Below, in pieces: positions 25,360 to 40,300 of a stretch of DNA of 64,000 nt (position 1 is the first letter of the stretch; each line of letters begins with the position of its first letter). The notes under the pieces were generated by a model that did not search any database, had not been told where the DNA came from, and saw only the letters and a program-made list of their open reading frames with translations. The position numbers and the translations under genes are program-made. Source of the DNA: Fimbriosthenelais zetlandica (taxonomy: Eukaryota); the NCBI GenBank assembly GCA_977030845.1, contig OZ365111.1:19592001-19656000 (forward strand), in the 5' to 3' direction.

Positions 25360-28300
25360 CTAATTCTTACTGGGTTTATTGGACCTTGACGTCAAATTAC
25401 CACCCCTCAATGTCTTCTTCTTGGAGCTGTTTAGGCCTGCACTGTTTTCCATGGGAGGTTCGGGGGTAATAGGTGGAATAACAGATGCCCCAGGAAGAGT
25501 GGGCCGTGGTGAGGCGCTGAATTGAGAAGGAGTGGGAGGGGCGGGGTTCGCATCCGCCACAATGGCCAAGGCATCCTTCGTATTAGGTTTTTTCTTTGGT
25601 AGAATTTCTGCAAGAAATATTTAGTGGTTTTGGTTCAGTTATATTCAGTTATATATTTATAGTTATATATTTATAGTTATATTCTCATGCATATTTCCTA
25701 TATGATATGATCGGCATGAACTCATTAATGAATAATGGAGGAAACGTATTCTGGCAAAGAATGATCAAATTCAGAAAATTATTTAAACGATAAACAAAAA
25801 CATTGAAAACGAAGTGTCGGTGGGCAAGGGGCGGGGCTAAACAAATCAAGTGCATATATATCTTGCATTTGAAATATCATCAAATATCATTAAACATAAA
25901 GCTATTATAGTTATATTAATTTTAGCGTTGATTATATGATTGTCTTACGTTCAGGCCTGCAATTGCCCACGTTGTCTAGAAAGCTGGTCAGGATACCAAG
26001 CTCTCCCTGGAGTTTGTTTGTAATGTTAGAAATGATAGCCTCCCGGTCGCCTGTCTTCTCCAGCAGCTCTCCTAAACTTTCCACCAGCACGATGTCCTTA
26101 TCTGCGAACTGCTGTTGCATGGCACGGTCCTCGTCCCAGTCGACGGCTAGCACTCCTGTCATAGTAATAGTACATTGAGTGAGTGAATATTAAACTATGT
26201 TTAACTTGAACAGCATAAGAATAGGTCCCTACTCTTTTAAGCTATCCCAGGACGAGGAGGAAACACGTTGTCGGACACACAGGGAAGCTTGGGGAATTGA
26301 ACTGGTGACTACACACGCATTCCAGTCAAAAATTTTACTGTGTTACAAAAATAATTTATTTTAAATATATTAAATATTTTCCCAATCAAATCTCATGGTA
26401 AATTCTCACCTCTAATTTCGGAATCCTCTTCTTGTAGTTTTCCCATCAGTCGTAGATTTGTATCCATCTCTTCATGCATATTTTCAATGTCCTTTTCCAT
26501 CTTGGTATTGGCCTGGCGAAAACAAGCCAATCATTCCATCAATATACAATCTTTGTAAGCCATTCTCTCAGGCCGGATAAAATTAACATAAAAATTCTTA
26601 CCCTAGTGAAACGATCGTTTTCCTCCAGGACGCGTTTCAGTTTGCAGCCAACTACATAGACCTTCTCCTCGATGTCTCGCACTTCTACTGCTTGGGTTCT
26701 CATCTGCTGCAGCAACTGGCCACGTAGCTGTTTACTTTCGGCTTCTATTCTCTCCTAAAGGAACCAAGGAAAGTTAAAAACACTATAAAACAGACCAAGG
26801 CAGGTGCGTCTACAAAAAGTCACCGGTTTCAAGAGCGCGACCATAGAAACTCCCTTATTTGTTCAAGCCATTAAGGGCAAAATATTTAAGATTTGTTAGC
26901 AAAATCAAAATTGAAAATACTGTAATTTGTGTAAAATACATACTGAAAAGATCGTACAAATCTTGAATACTGAAATACTATTGAAGTCATACCTTGGGGT
27001 TGGCTAGCTTACTGAGCTGGAACTTGATACGTTTCACCTGATCTTCAAGGCTCAGTTTCTGGTTTTTCTTCGCTGAAAGCACGTATTGAACATTCAAAGT
27101 TAGTCATGTCCAACTAAATTTCAGCAATACAAAGTATCTTGTAGCTTTTAAAATAGCCAAATAACTCACCCACTATCCCCTTTTTGACAACTTCATACTG
27201 CTTGTTCATATCCTCGAACTCTTTCTCAAGATTTTCAAAGGTGGGAAGTTTTTCTTCCACTTGAGTTTTCTTCTCTCCCAGTTCCTCATCCATGGAAGAA
27301 ATGTCTTCCTGCATACAAGAAATTTATTCACATGGTCTATCGGACATTTCTTATGTTACTAACAAATGTTAATACAATACTGTATATTCAATAAGGTTAT
27401 TTCTTGAATAAAATAAAATTTGTTGAGGGAGACGAAAATGTGTGCAGTGCACCAAACATGTTCACAATTCTAGGAGATTTTGTACCTGAATTGATTTAAT
27501 TTCTAATTCATATCTCTCCTTCAACTCGCTGTATTGAGAGGACTGATGTTCCAATTCTTCTGTAAAAGTCTTAATACCCTCGTCGGTTTCTTTAATCTTT
27601 TTCTGAAGGTCGGTGCCCTGCAACATTAGAAAAATAATATATAAACCATCATTTTTTCTACAAACAAAAAACTGAGGGAGATTTTCCATTGGATAATATA
27701 AGAATACCCCCTTTAAGTAAATCCCAAGAATTCTTTTTATTCGTATGGAGGAAAAATATATCACTTTAATTTTTAAAAGAGTCACGTTCCAGGTACCGGT
27801 ATTAAATATAGATCGAGTATGGACAAAGATCAAGGGCGGCAACAATGGGCTGATTAAACAGAAAGTGTGACGATAACTCGCATCCGTCGCGTCAAAACAG
27901 CAAGTCCAACATCCAAGTATCCGCCAGTAAATCATCATTGTTCCTTTTCGACCTTCGAAACATTACTAGAGTGAAGAACTTTCCTTCTAATCCTTGACTT
28001 AATTTGGACATTTTCATACTGACCTCTCTCGATAGTTGTTCATGTTGAGTCTTGCCATCACGGATACGTTTGTTCATGTCGACCATTAATTTACCGGACT
28101 CAGTTTTGACATCGTCCACTTGCGTTGTCACCGCCTCCCTCTTGGTTTGCATATCCATTCTTGAAAAGAAAGAAAAAAATATGATCATTTATCATCCAAT
28201 ATATCAACTACATAAGCACCAACGACAAAAAGATAGTATGCTTCAACTCAAGTGCAACAAACTTTCAGATTCTGAGAATAAAACACTTGTGAGATAACAA

Positions 28301-31300
28301 TATATTCAGCAGTGAATAATTATTTTTCCTCCATGGATTTAGTTTGTTAATGTGTAATACATGTACATCAAACCAAATAATTTTGAACCAGAATTAAATT
28401 GTAATAAATAAAATTCTTGCTGTTTATTAACAGACGGTCTTATATTGTACAGAAGTCAATACAAGTCGAAACAATTCACTCCAAAAAGACAGATTTCATA
28501 GATATAAGTAACTTTGAACACACAAAATTAATTGGATGACACCATTTTCACACGATCAAAATATTTCAGTTCTCTCTGAAACTTAATCCTATACACACAA
28601 TATATCTGAGTTTAATAAAGCCATCTTAACCTGGAGTTGGTCAAAAATTAAAACTAAATTTCTTTTTGAAAACGATTCTCCGCCAAAGTATACCCGATCA
28701 AAAAAAGATCTGTCGTCTCTCGTCAAAAATAGGCTATATACATGTTAGTGCAAATTGGGGATTTTCTTCGCCAATAGGGATTTTTTTCATGTCTGCGTTT
28801 TGACGATGGATTAGTTATTTTTGTTCAGGTAAGCAAAGGAAGTGCATTATCAACATACCTTTTCATTGAAATACTATATAATTACAATATGTAGGCATTG
28901 AAATGATCAGGTTCGTAATATGTCAAATTTATGTCCCTAAGTTTTGGTACGAAACATGCTGATGCGATATAAGTCATATAGTTTGTGTATTTTCACAATG
29001 ATATTTACTTCAATTCTTATTGGAGTTTTCTGCTACAAACTATGAATCAAAGCTCCCGCCTACGATGAACCATGATTGTGAGATCAAATGCAAGTCGACC
29101 TTGCTTTTTTAAATCATCATTAGCACCTACTAACATATAAGTTTCACCCTGTGGCGATACGGCATTACGTTCCCATTTCATATGGGATTCCATTCGTTCA
29201 ACTCTAAGCCTAAAGAGGAGCAACACCAATATTAAGAATCGAACTTTAGCAACTATTATTTCATGGAATCCCACATATATTTCATGTAAATGGTATAAGA
29301 GTGCATAAACGAATAATTAGGGATAAAATGAAGTAGTATTGAAGATAAAAATAAGATGCGTAAAATCAACTGTGAATGGTAAATAGAGTGGATAGTGCGA
29401 CATATGGATACGACTCAAAATCCGCCGACATACATGTATACGGTATATATAAACACTACATATTTTTCCAAACATATTTCTATTGAAACTTTGGTTAAAA
29501 GAATCTAAAGATAGATTATAAGGCTTACCTATCTCTTCTTTCATTGGAGAGTTGTTCACGTGCCTCTTCAATCTGCTTAGCCATTGTAGACATAATAGCC
29601 CTGTCGATGAAGGAGAGAGAATATTATATATTAAATGTTAAATACCCAAGATAAAATGGTCAAAAATGGTCGGAAACGAACCTGTGTTGGTCAGCAATCT
29701 CTTCCATTTTGTACTCCATATCGACATTCTCCTGGGATAACTCTCCTATCTTCTCAGCTTTCTCAGCCAGCTCTCCTTTCATAGCTTGTAGTCTAAGATA
29801 CAAGTTACACTTACAGTCAATTATTATCAAGTGATAATTTGAAATTTAATGATATTCCCAGCAGTATTTATACACATTGTAAAGGCGCCTGAGCTGGTGT
29901 CATTTCACTATAGTATACATATAGCATAGTAGCATACGTCCTTGGGATAAATTCTCCGGTCTGCAGGTGGCATTAGACAATTTTCTTTTTATGTTTTCTT
30001 TCTACCAGAGTTCTCAATTTTCTCATTTAAAATGGTAATCTTCTCTTCCACATATAAAACATTTGTGGTGATACGATATCAATAGATTTGTACAACATTG
30101 CACTACTATAACACGTTAAAAGTCAAATAAATCATTGCATGTAATCTTGTCATAGGCTTACCGCATATTGGTGTCTCTCACTCGTTTCTCATCAGTGCGT
30201 TTGATTTTCATTTTCGTCTGTAAGTCTGTATGAAAGAGAATAAATTAATTGAAGACTTCATGAAGAGTAATCCAGTAAAATCATCAATTCCGAAAAGTTA
30301 GAGAAGTAACGGTTTACATTATACAACTTACCTTCAACTAATGTTTCCTTCTTTGTGCTGAGCTTTTCATTTTTAGCTTCTTGTTTAGCAATTTCTTTAT
30401 CGAGCTGTAAATAAAGGGAAAATTACAATTACCCGGTAGTAATTCATTAACGAAAGATACCAACAAAATAAATAAGGTAATGTTATTTAAATTGGAACGC
30501 TCACCTCTGTTATTTCATCATCGAGTCCTATTTTCTGTCGCTCCCACTCAGCTTGTTCAATCACAGTTTTCTGGCCAATTTCCTCACTGAAATTTATGGA
30601 AGTTTCACATTCCTTAACTTTCAAAAAACTTTCTGATGCAGCTGCAGTAGTTGGATTGCTGGTAATTAATAAGTACAATTAAAAAAACTTTTTATGAATC
30701 TAATTTCAGGCAGCTAGCTTACCCTTTTACTTTTAGCTGTTCGTTGGCACGCTTTTCCCGGTTGAGTTGTTCTTTAAGGGCACGTTCCTGTCCTTCCATT
30801 CTTGCCTTCGAAGTTTCAAATCTTCGGATTGTCTGTCCAAATAACAATTACATTGTATCTTTATCATAGATGATCAAAGTCAACATATGAATGTATTTGG
30901 GATTACTTTCACACAATACCTTTCTGATATTATCCAATTCGTGTTCACTTTGCTGGACATTTTCATGTACTGTGTCAACCTCCCTAAAAAATCACCAAAG
31001 AATATTTGTTCATGAACTTCATGTACGGTACTTTTCATAACTAAGAAATGGGGGACAGATATTAGCAAATATCAGGCAAATTAATTATATTTACTTGGTT
31101 CCCTTGGTTTTTAATGAATACCAGGAGTTTTCCCAGCCCGGGAGACACATTAAAAATTATCGGACTTTTCCCGGTTACCAGGCCCTGTGGGAACCATGTA
31201 TTTAGGTTTATATTGCTTTAAATTGTATTCTATAAATGCATATCTGGTCGCAAATTATGGATTCATTTTACCAAAGAGATATTATATTAAAATACAGATC

Positions 31301-33618
31301 TGTGGAGACTTACTTCTTTTTATGCACATTGGCTTCTTTTTGTTCTCTTGTCTTCAGAGTACTGTCAAACTGCAAAAATAACCATGGATGTCTCAATTGT
31401 TCATCATGCCTAGCAGAGACGGAAAATGACCGCAAGTTTTAGATCTTTAACATTAAGATATCATGAAAAATAATCATTAGTAATTTAGAGAAGGGGGGCT
31501 ACTTACAACAGCTTTCTTCAGACGCCTCTTTTCCATTCTCGCATCTGCTCGTTCCTGGACCAGGTCTTCCTTCAACTGCATAATGCTGTCTTCAAGATCA
31601 ACTATCTGGAACAGATTGTAATGAGAAATTTTTAAAATAAATTTAACACGAGTTCATAGACATGAACTTGAAAGTGAATTTTCCAACAATTTTATTCGGG
31701 ATTTTTGAAAATAGGAAAGTGATTTCTTGCAATCAATTGATTGATTGAAGAAATTCAGAGAAAAGCTCTTATAGAAATATCTTTTTGGGACTTGCTAGAA
31801 ATAAGTAGTTATAGGTCGTACTCACCTTTTGATTCGTGGTTCGGAGTTTATCCCTCGTTTCATTGAGTACAATCTGCTGGCTAAAGATGAGAAAAAATAA
31901 AAGCATTATATAAGCACTGGATTATGAGTTACATTTTGAGGCTTTACCAACACTCTTATCTTCTGGATACATCATAAAGAAGTCACTCAGTTTAAAATAG
32001 TTTGTTCGTTCTTACCTTGCCTTTTCTGCCATACGTTGGTTAAGCTGAACAATGATATTTTCATGCTCTTTCCGCACACTGTCTCTCTCTGGGCTGCAAT
32101 GGAATGGATGGGGCATATTCAGATGATTAAAATTTAATATGAGGTAGGCCTACCATACCGTGGTAGGCTACTGTACATACGGTACGTAAATTTGCACTTA
32201 TCGTACCTAACACTATAATAGTCTAGACATTCAATCTCTATTAAACCTAATTTTGGTTTTAGTGTTAAATTAAATTAATTTTGTTTTACTCACTGAAGGT
32301 TAGCATTTTCTTGCTCCAAATCATTATGTCGTTTTTCCAAGTACTCGATGTTTTCATTGATAGCCTTTAGTTTTTCTTGAAGTCTAGTGAGTTCTGTTGC
32401 ATTTGACTCTCGAGCAGAAGCAACCGCAGCTATATGGAGAAGAACAAATATATTATGATGATATACGGTATATTGAATCTGTTAAACAAAAATAATATTT
32501 TATCGCTTGTAAAATATAATATGCTAGAACTAAAAATATATTTATTAAATTTAAGGCTAATGTCAAACATTTAGGCCAATTATTGCCAATTATAACTTAC
32601 CTGCAATTTCAGCACGAATCTGCCCGGGCAGAGCCTGTAGTTTACTGCGAATCACACTAGCGTTAATTGTTTCAGTTTCCAAATTGTCATGGACGTGGGA
32701 CCTCTCAAATTGCTAGAAGAATATATAGGAAGGTAGTAATAGTAAGCCTGTCAGTATGATATGTAGGCCTACAACGCATTGCTCTCACTCTCAAATTGAA
32801 GTTTAACTTTAGACTTTCTTTAGTTTCTGAATTCCACAGCCATATATAATGATAGTTTACCTTGATTAATGATTTACTCCCCTTCCCTAGTGATACTGAT
32901 AGCGATAAACTAGACTAGAGAATTGGGCATCTAGATACCGCAATTTCAACTGCATTTTTTTTCTTTTTTTGTTCTTACCAGTTCCTGCAAGGCCTCAACA
33001 ATTCTGTCAATATTTTCTGAATCTTGCGTCTTGAACTTAAACTCGCTAGTTTTCATACGATGTTCTGTGGATAAAAAGTAGAAATTATCATACTAACGTT
33101 ACTACATTCTATTATTAGGCTACATAGACTGTAAGTGTAACTGTAAGACATAGAAATAGATTTCTATTTCTATAATATTAGACTATATGATTAATTTAAG
33201 ATAGGCCTATTATGGCCAATATGGGTCTACTGAGCTGACCAGTCAGTGGACCAGTGGTAGGCCTATATGGCTATATATAGTATAATATAATGGCTATATG
33301 CCTATATCGGTAGATTAATCGAACCTGATCAAACTTAGCATAAAATAATCCTGGGGCCAAAAACCTAACTTGGGGACATCAATTTTCAACTGGGGGCCTG
33401 GCCCTGGGCAGGTGCTTGTCTTGTGAGCGTGGCCGGGCATGTGCCTCGATCTTCCGTGGCGAGCCTCAGTCCTCACGGCTCACCTCCGGTCCAACTTCCC
33501 AAGTTTCGCGAAGTATTTTAAACAGTTTCTCACACTTACCTAACTCTGTAAGATGCTGGACAGCATTATTCACGCCGGTGACATCACTCACAGTGAATTT
33601 AGATGACATTATAGACAT
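25360..33618 (-). CDS. CCDC175: CCDC175-like long coiled-coil protein, about 23 exons
   Basis: Phase-consistent GT-AG exons reconstructed, e.g. 33618-33540, 33064-32979, 32712-32601, 32429-32294, 32093-32016, 31880-31826, 31605-31507 ... 26155-25949, 25607-25360. Translation (HDNLETETINASVIRSKLQALPGQIRAEIAAAVASARESN...QLNQRMAEKASQQIVLNETRDKL) parallels vertebrate CCDC175 as recalled. Coiled-coil assignment could be confounded with CCDC178-like paralogs. Confidence 0.75.
26250..26320 (-). mobile_element. Short SINE-like fragment in CCDC175 intron
   Basis: Minus-strand B-box-like GTTCAATTCCC; shares CGAGGAGGAAACACG with an intronic stretch near 37950. Confidence 0.25.
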
Positions 33619-34332
33619 TTCTGAGCTGTATTCTCTAGGAACGGATACCGCTGCTGGAGTATGTTTACGATACTCGGTATCCTAGGACGCCATTTTCTTC
33701 CGGAAGTAAAGATTTTAGTTCCATTTCCGGCCGCTTGAGGGCAGCGCTTTCAAGGCAGATATTGCGAGCTTGTAAGCTAGGCTGTTTAACCTATCAAGTA
33801 TCGCTAAAATCCTGTTTAGCACCAAATAAAATTAATTTGAATCTGCACGCGTCTAATTGTATGGACACCAGTGTAACTGTGTTGTCTGTCCCATTTTAAA
33901 TACCGGTACTTTACACCCATCTTGGGCCCATCTATTAGGCTACAAACACCATAGAACTAGTTCTATGTTCTATGCAAACACCACCTAACGTACTCGGCCT
34001 ATAATGTTTGTATCAATTTTATTGCAGACACAATGAGAGCAAACATCCACAATTTAGCCTAATATTAGTAATAGGCTTAGCCTTAGGCCTACATTGCAAA
34101 TATGGTACAGTTAGCATAGATTGATTTAGCCTAATAAGTCAGCAGAACCTATCTGCCTGATAATTATGTACAAACACTGTAGGCTTTTAAAGTCAGAACT
34201 AAAGCATGTAAATGTATTAAACAAAGAATTTATATATTAATACATTAGGTAGGCCTAGTATAGACCTATTAAAGTACGATAACATTATTCGTTAGGAAAA
34301 TTTTATAATAGTCTATTGCATTCTTTTAGCTC

Positions 34333-37300
34333 TCATGTTTGTCCCTCAGAAGGTTGTGATTGTTGCTGTTGCAGCTGATGTGTATGTAGAGCTGAGAGGA
34401 TGGACATCACGGAGCTCGTGGAGAGGTTGAAGGGCTGCAGTATTTCATATAGTTCAGCGAAACATGGCACTCCTAAAAACAGAAAAATTCACAATGTATA
34501 TAATCTGTATTCACAATTTACATAATCTGTACCGGTATTCAAAATTTACATAATCCGTTACGAATGAAGAACTTCATTATTAAAGATATGAGTTGAACAT
34601 TTTGGTTAAATTGTTTCCGTTCCATATCTGAAGGCCTACCAGGTAGGCCTACGCTACTAATGAAGCCAGATAGTTTACGGATTTTGTTTTTGCTTTTATT
34701 TGAATGCAATAAAGTAATATGGTAAATAATAGGCAATGTGAGCGGTATTGGTAGGCTATAGAGACCTGTATAGTTGATGTTAGCCAGCTGGGAGGGGTGA
34801 GGTAAATCGTGCCAGGTAAGGAGACATCCCAGTGTCTGTATGTCCGTGTGTTTGAGAGGTACTCCCCGTAGATAATCCACGAGAAGCTGGCGAACCCCTG
34901 AACAAAATAAATACAAACATGAATCTACATTCAACTTGTATTAAAGCAGAGATGGTGAGTTAGCCAATGCCTGATGCGTTGGAACAAATTTAGGAAATAT
35001 GCTGACAATTTAGCTTACAAGGACTTATAAGAATATTTTTTTTAAACTGAATGTGTGAAAACTCTTGCATCTAGTAAGGTCTATATAATTTGCTCGTATT
35101 ATTCTTCCAGAAATATGTGAAAGAAATTGTGGAAGAAAATAACCACCCAAAATGTTTATGAAATTTACCATTTTTATCCTCCAGAAGGTTTTGTATATGT
35201 GAGGATATGGAAGTGAGTAGCTCGGGGCTGATCAGGCGGGGAACCGGGTTCCCATTCTCTCCTCCGCCGCCACTCCCACGTCCTCCTCCCGACGGGCACC
35301 TGCCCTCCAGCCACCGGTAGAAGGCAGTCATGATGCGCACCTGCCAGAGGCAGAGAGGTGCACCAGTGGTGGGCGGGCACCTGACCAGGTGCTCCAAGGC
35401 GATGTAGGAAGCCAGGACCTCGGGCTTCTCCTGGCTGATGCACTCAAAGAGGACGCGCGACAAAACCAGCTGGTTCTCAAACTCCTGGAAAGATCGTGCG
35501 GAAAAGTTTGGAATTAGTGAGTGTTTTGGTCCTGAGTAAGTGACAGAAAGAGGGTACGGACAGATGGGAAGAGAGGGGAGGGACATGGATGGTTGGGGGA
35601 GAGTGCGACAGAGAGAAGTGGGGAGATGCGGTTGGGAGGGGGTCATAAAAAAATGTGTAAACTATTTTGTATTCCCGAGGAATATATTTTGAGAGAAATA
35701 AATCCTTGCTTTACCTTCGGGTGGTTGGAGAAGCAGAGATATTCAGCGAAGGCGAGGATGAGGGGGTCTGAGGAGAGAGTCTTGATGTCTGAGGACTGGA
35801 TGATTTTACCACTTGACTGGTCTTTGGTCAGAGACTGAGACAGAACGCTGTGATAGCCTTTAGGATCATCTTGGTAGGACAGATGACCAGCTCTCTGTTT
35901 TACATAAAGATGTCCCGGGCCTTCTAGAATATTCCTAAAATACAAACAAGTGTGAGGAAATATCAAGGACAAATATGATTAGTATTTTAAAATTAATAAA
36001 TTACAATTAAATCGTCGTATAATAAGAAATGACATCTTTCTTACTTTAGATTGGACCAGTTGGTACTCGTGAATGCTACCTGCCAGTATCGGGGACCAAG
36101 CACCTTCACCTGCAAGAAACATTTTTGCTTTAAGATGTTTGAAACAAATTTGGACAAACAAAGGAGTTTCTTAAGGAGGGTGGGGTGTACATTCTTACCT
36201 CCTTGATAAGATCAAGTTCCGGTAGAATGCAGGGTGCCATTGTCTTGTATGTTACATTTCTGTAAAAATCCGAATCCTGGAAAAAAAACATCAGATTATC
36301 AGATATGAATCTCATTTGAGTTCGTTGAAGTTTCCAATAACTTGAGTAAGAAATGTACTACTAAAATATTCGGCACTTACTTTGAATGTTATTTCAATGG
36401 GTGCATAACAATATTGATTGGAGTCCACGTCTCTTGGGATAAGAACTCTGGGTTCTGCTGCCAGGACATACAAATGTCGGAACGCTTGCAAATGATACCT
36501 GTAAATAAATTAATAATGAAATTATTACTGATTTTATTTGGACATTTTCAGCTACCACCCATCCATTAAAGCTAGGTTTGTATTAAGAGTACATTGCAAA
36601 CACATTATTATGAAAAAATCCTCTTGAATTTGAAAAGCTAAGAATATTTGAGTTAGTGTCCGTACCTGTTGTCATTGCTATGGATGGGGAATTTAGGGAA
36701 GAATGCCATGACCATGGCAGCCACGGCCTGGGGTGAGGTTGAAAGAGAGTACCGACCTCCACCCAGGAAGAGGAGACCTAAAGCCAGGCTGGTGGCCATG
36801 TGAGAGCCATAGAGGACATAGCTATAGGAAGGCCCCACTCTAGAGCGGAGATATCGGCAGAGACGTAACACCTCCAGATTCCCTGTACCAGACATTACCT
36901 ACAAACGGTAAAGTTCATGATCATAAGCTTCTATTGAAGACATACAGTAATGTTCATGAACAGCTTCTATCAAAGGCATACAGACAGTAAAATTCATGAA
37001 CAGCTTCTATCAAAGGCATACAGACAGTAAAATTCATGAACAGCTTCTATCAGAGACATACACTATCTCATGCTCATTAATAGATTCTATAACAGGAAAT
37101 GTATACTCACCATAGCTAGAGAGAGTACAATGACAACCAGACAATTTTCTACAGTACTTCTCCCTGCTTGTTCCACCAGAGAGGCTTTACTCAACATTAG
37201 TGCTTTGTTGGCACGCTCAAGCTGAAAATATATCGCATATACTTGATCTACAACCCTTGGAAGTAAATGCAGGGACTTATTGTGAAATACAAGTTTTTCT

Positions 37301-40300
37301 ATTAATGTGTGTATTTATAATGTCAACGAGTTTCGCTAGGGAAGAGAAAACACCCTTACCAGACAACGGAAGGCTGCCTGGTTGGCCGAACCAGCGAAAC
37401 GCAAAGCCAGGGCCATACACGAACCAGCTACGATGTTACAGTAGGCCTGACTAGAAATTTAAAATACACAAATATTTAGAACAAACATCATTTATTTATT
37501 TGAAAGCCTCAAAGCTAAAAAGAGGTAAAAAAAGATTATACTGGGCATATTGGTGTTTCATTTTAATGAAACTTAATGAACAAAATTCCCAAAATAATAA
37601 TAAGTTACCTCATAGTTTCAAAATCTATATCACACGTTGGGTCAGCTTTGTAGTGTGCTTTGCGGAATGCGTACTTCTCCACGATCTACGAAGCAAGAAA
37701 ATATACATAAAAAGTTTAATTCCTGGTATTCTATCAATAATTTTAAAAAACACTATCATGTGGAGTTTAATGGTGGTTAATATATTTCTGTGTGGCAATA
37801 AATGGCTATAGAATTTCAAACCTCAGGAATGTTACTGTTGATCCATTCGGAGGTCGGCTGTATATGATCCCACATCACAAGTCCTCGAGAAATCATCTGG
37901 AAAATTAAATGGTTTAACGTGCATCTAATATGAGCCGGATTCAAATGGGCGAGGAGGAAACACGCTGTTGGCATCAGAGATACAGACTATTCTTCTGGAT
38001 AAGTAGTAATAAAGGGACTTTCACATTTCAGAATTGGAGCCATGGCTGACATTTTATAACACAAAAGCTGTTTAGGGAACTGAGAAAAATGAAAAACGAA
38101 TATGAACTGTGCTAGTACATACTCTCAGCATGAGGAAGTCTGGGCGGACGAACTCCAACAAAAACTGTGTATCTGGAGCCGTGAGCCATTCAGCAACAGC
38201 ACTGGAAGAAAAAATTTATATTTATATGGCAACATTTAGAACATTAACATTTGTCCTTATCTTTATTCATATAACCATTATGAACATTTTAGATTTTGTG
38301 AAGATCTCAGATTTTATTATGAAGATTTTAGATGTTAAACCATAGCAGTTTGTCCCATAAAATTGAAAAGCCCACTTTTAGTTTAAGCTCAAGATACAAG
38401 AATAAGGACACACCTATTGTTCGTTTTGAAGAACATCATGCCGAGAGCTAAAGTTGCTCCTGGTGACGTCACATCCACATTGACGTAATCACCCTCTTTG
38501 ATCTGGTAACTAGGAGACTTGTACCTCTCTTTGTTAGCTCCTGTCTGAAAAACCAAAGACCAAATTAATAAATATAAAAAAATAAGTTCACTCTTTAATG
38601 TCTTTAAGATGTATGGTACTAACAAAGCTCTTCTTAGGTCAGGGCTCTACATTGATTTTCCAATTACAGAAATGTTAATTCTTTTTGGTTTATGATTTAA
38701 GATGAATTGCAATAAAAAGCAATAAACCTTCAATAAATGGGTGAACAAATACTAACCAATGGCCGTTTATGGGCGCCCACCATGTAATGATAAAGTTGGT
38801 CAGCCATGTTGAGATCGGAGAGTCCGATAGCCTCGCTCCCTCTCTGCAAAAATGGACAGTTATATGACACTACATCAAGGACCAGATCAGGGGCATTATC
38901 TTTATGAATGTCTAAGAAAAAATACCACCATATAAAATTACCAAAATAACATTAAATAAATTTCTCAATTAAACTTACCCCAAGCATAACATTACCAAGG
39001 GCCATGCCTGCCGCTAGGGAGTAGGATTCACGGTCAGAACTATTCTCCATCTCTGGTCCAGGGGGACGACCTGTAAGGTAAAAGAAAAATATACAAAAAT
39101 AGTAATAAACTTATAGATGCAAGCCACATATAGTTTTTCATTTATAATAAAAAAAAAAAAAATTTAAAATCCCTCAAAAAATAGATCTATATGCACATAG
39201 ACAGAGAACCCATTGGAAAATCTTTTTGTAATTCCTTACCAATCTCATTTAAGAGGACTTCAGCGATATGCCTATGGGCTGTTCCTTGATAGACAAGTCC
39301 CACCCCTAGGACAGCAGCCACTTGTACATTGTGAGGAATGTCCAGTTCTGTGGAGGTCGGAGGGAGTAAGGCAGCAACATGGATGCTCAACAGTCGCGTG
39401 GTAGCCACATCCATTGTCCCTCGCCTGAAGTGAAGAAATATTTTTATTGAACAGTATTCCATGTTAAATGAGTAATAAAATTGAAACAGGATATGTTGTA
39501 AAATTTAAGGGTTTGCATAGTCAAACACATAAATGAGTCTTTATAAATAGTCCTATCTTCAAACACAATTGAAATGACAGACAATAAAAGAAGCATTCCA
39601 AAATAGATAAAAAAATTTAAATTAAAATGAATACATTTTGAGATACATACTTTCCAGCAGAAACACCGAGGAGGAGACCCACACTGGTCATATCGTGTCC
39701 CTTCAGCAGGTAGTCGTGGACATTGAGGGTAGCGAACCGTGAGAGATGACCGCCCAGACCCAGCCCCATGAGGAAGCCGGCATGTTCGTTAGACAACTCG
39801 TTATTCTTAGGCTTGTTATAGGTGATCCACGTGGAGTCCAGCTAGAAACGATTTATTTCATTTATTTCAGAGTATCTGGGATATATATCTTGTATTTTTT
39901 TGGGAGAAATTAGTTTTCGGAATAATAATATAGTCAGGGTTTTTATAGGTTGAAACAATTGGAAAAGCTAACTGCCAATTCAGAATTGGCTCGCTGATCC
40001 TGGCTGACCCGTGGGCAGTGGCGGAAGGGTTGGGGTTCTAGTCTAAAGCATTAGACATGCATCACTGCTTTTGTCGGGGCTGTGTGTGCGGGGGGGGGAG
40101 GTTCAATCTATGTTAGGGGCTTAGCTTTTGACATAATATGTGCAGGTTTGGTCACGCCTCACTGCTCTATGACTAACCAGTGGACAGTTGGGATATGGGG
40201 CAATTATGGTTAGGGCTTATATGGGATTAGGGTTATTGAGGGTTGAGGTTATTAGGGCTAGGACTATGAGATTAGGGTTATTGAGTTTGGGGTGGGGGAT

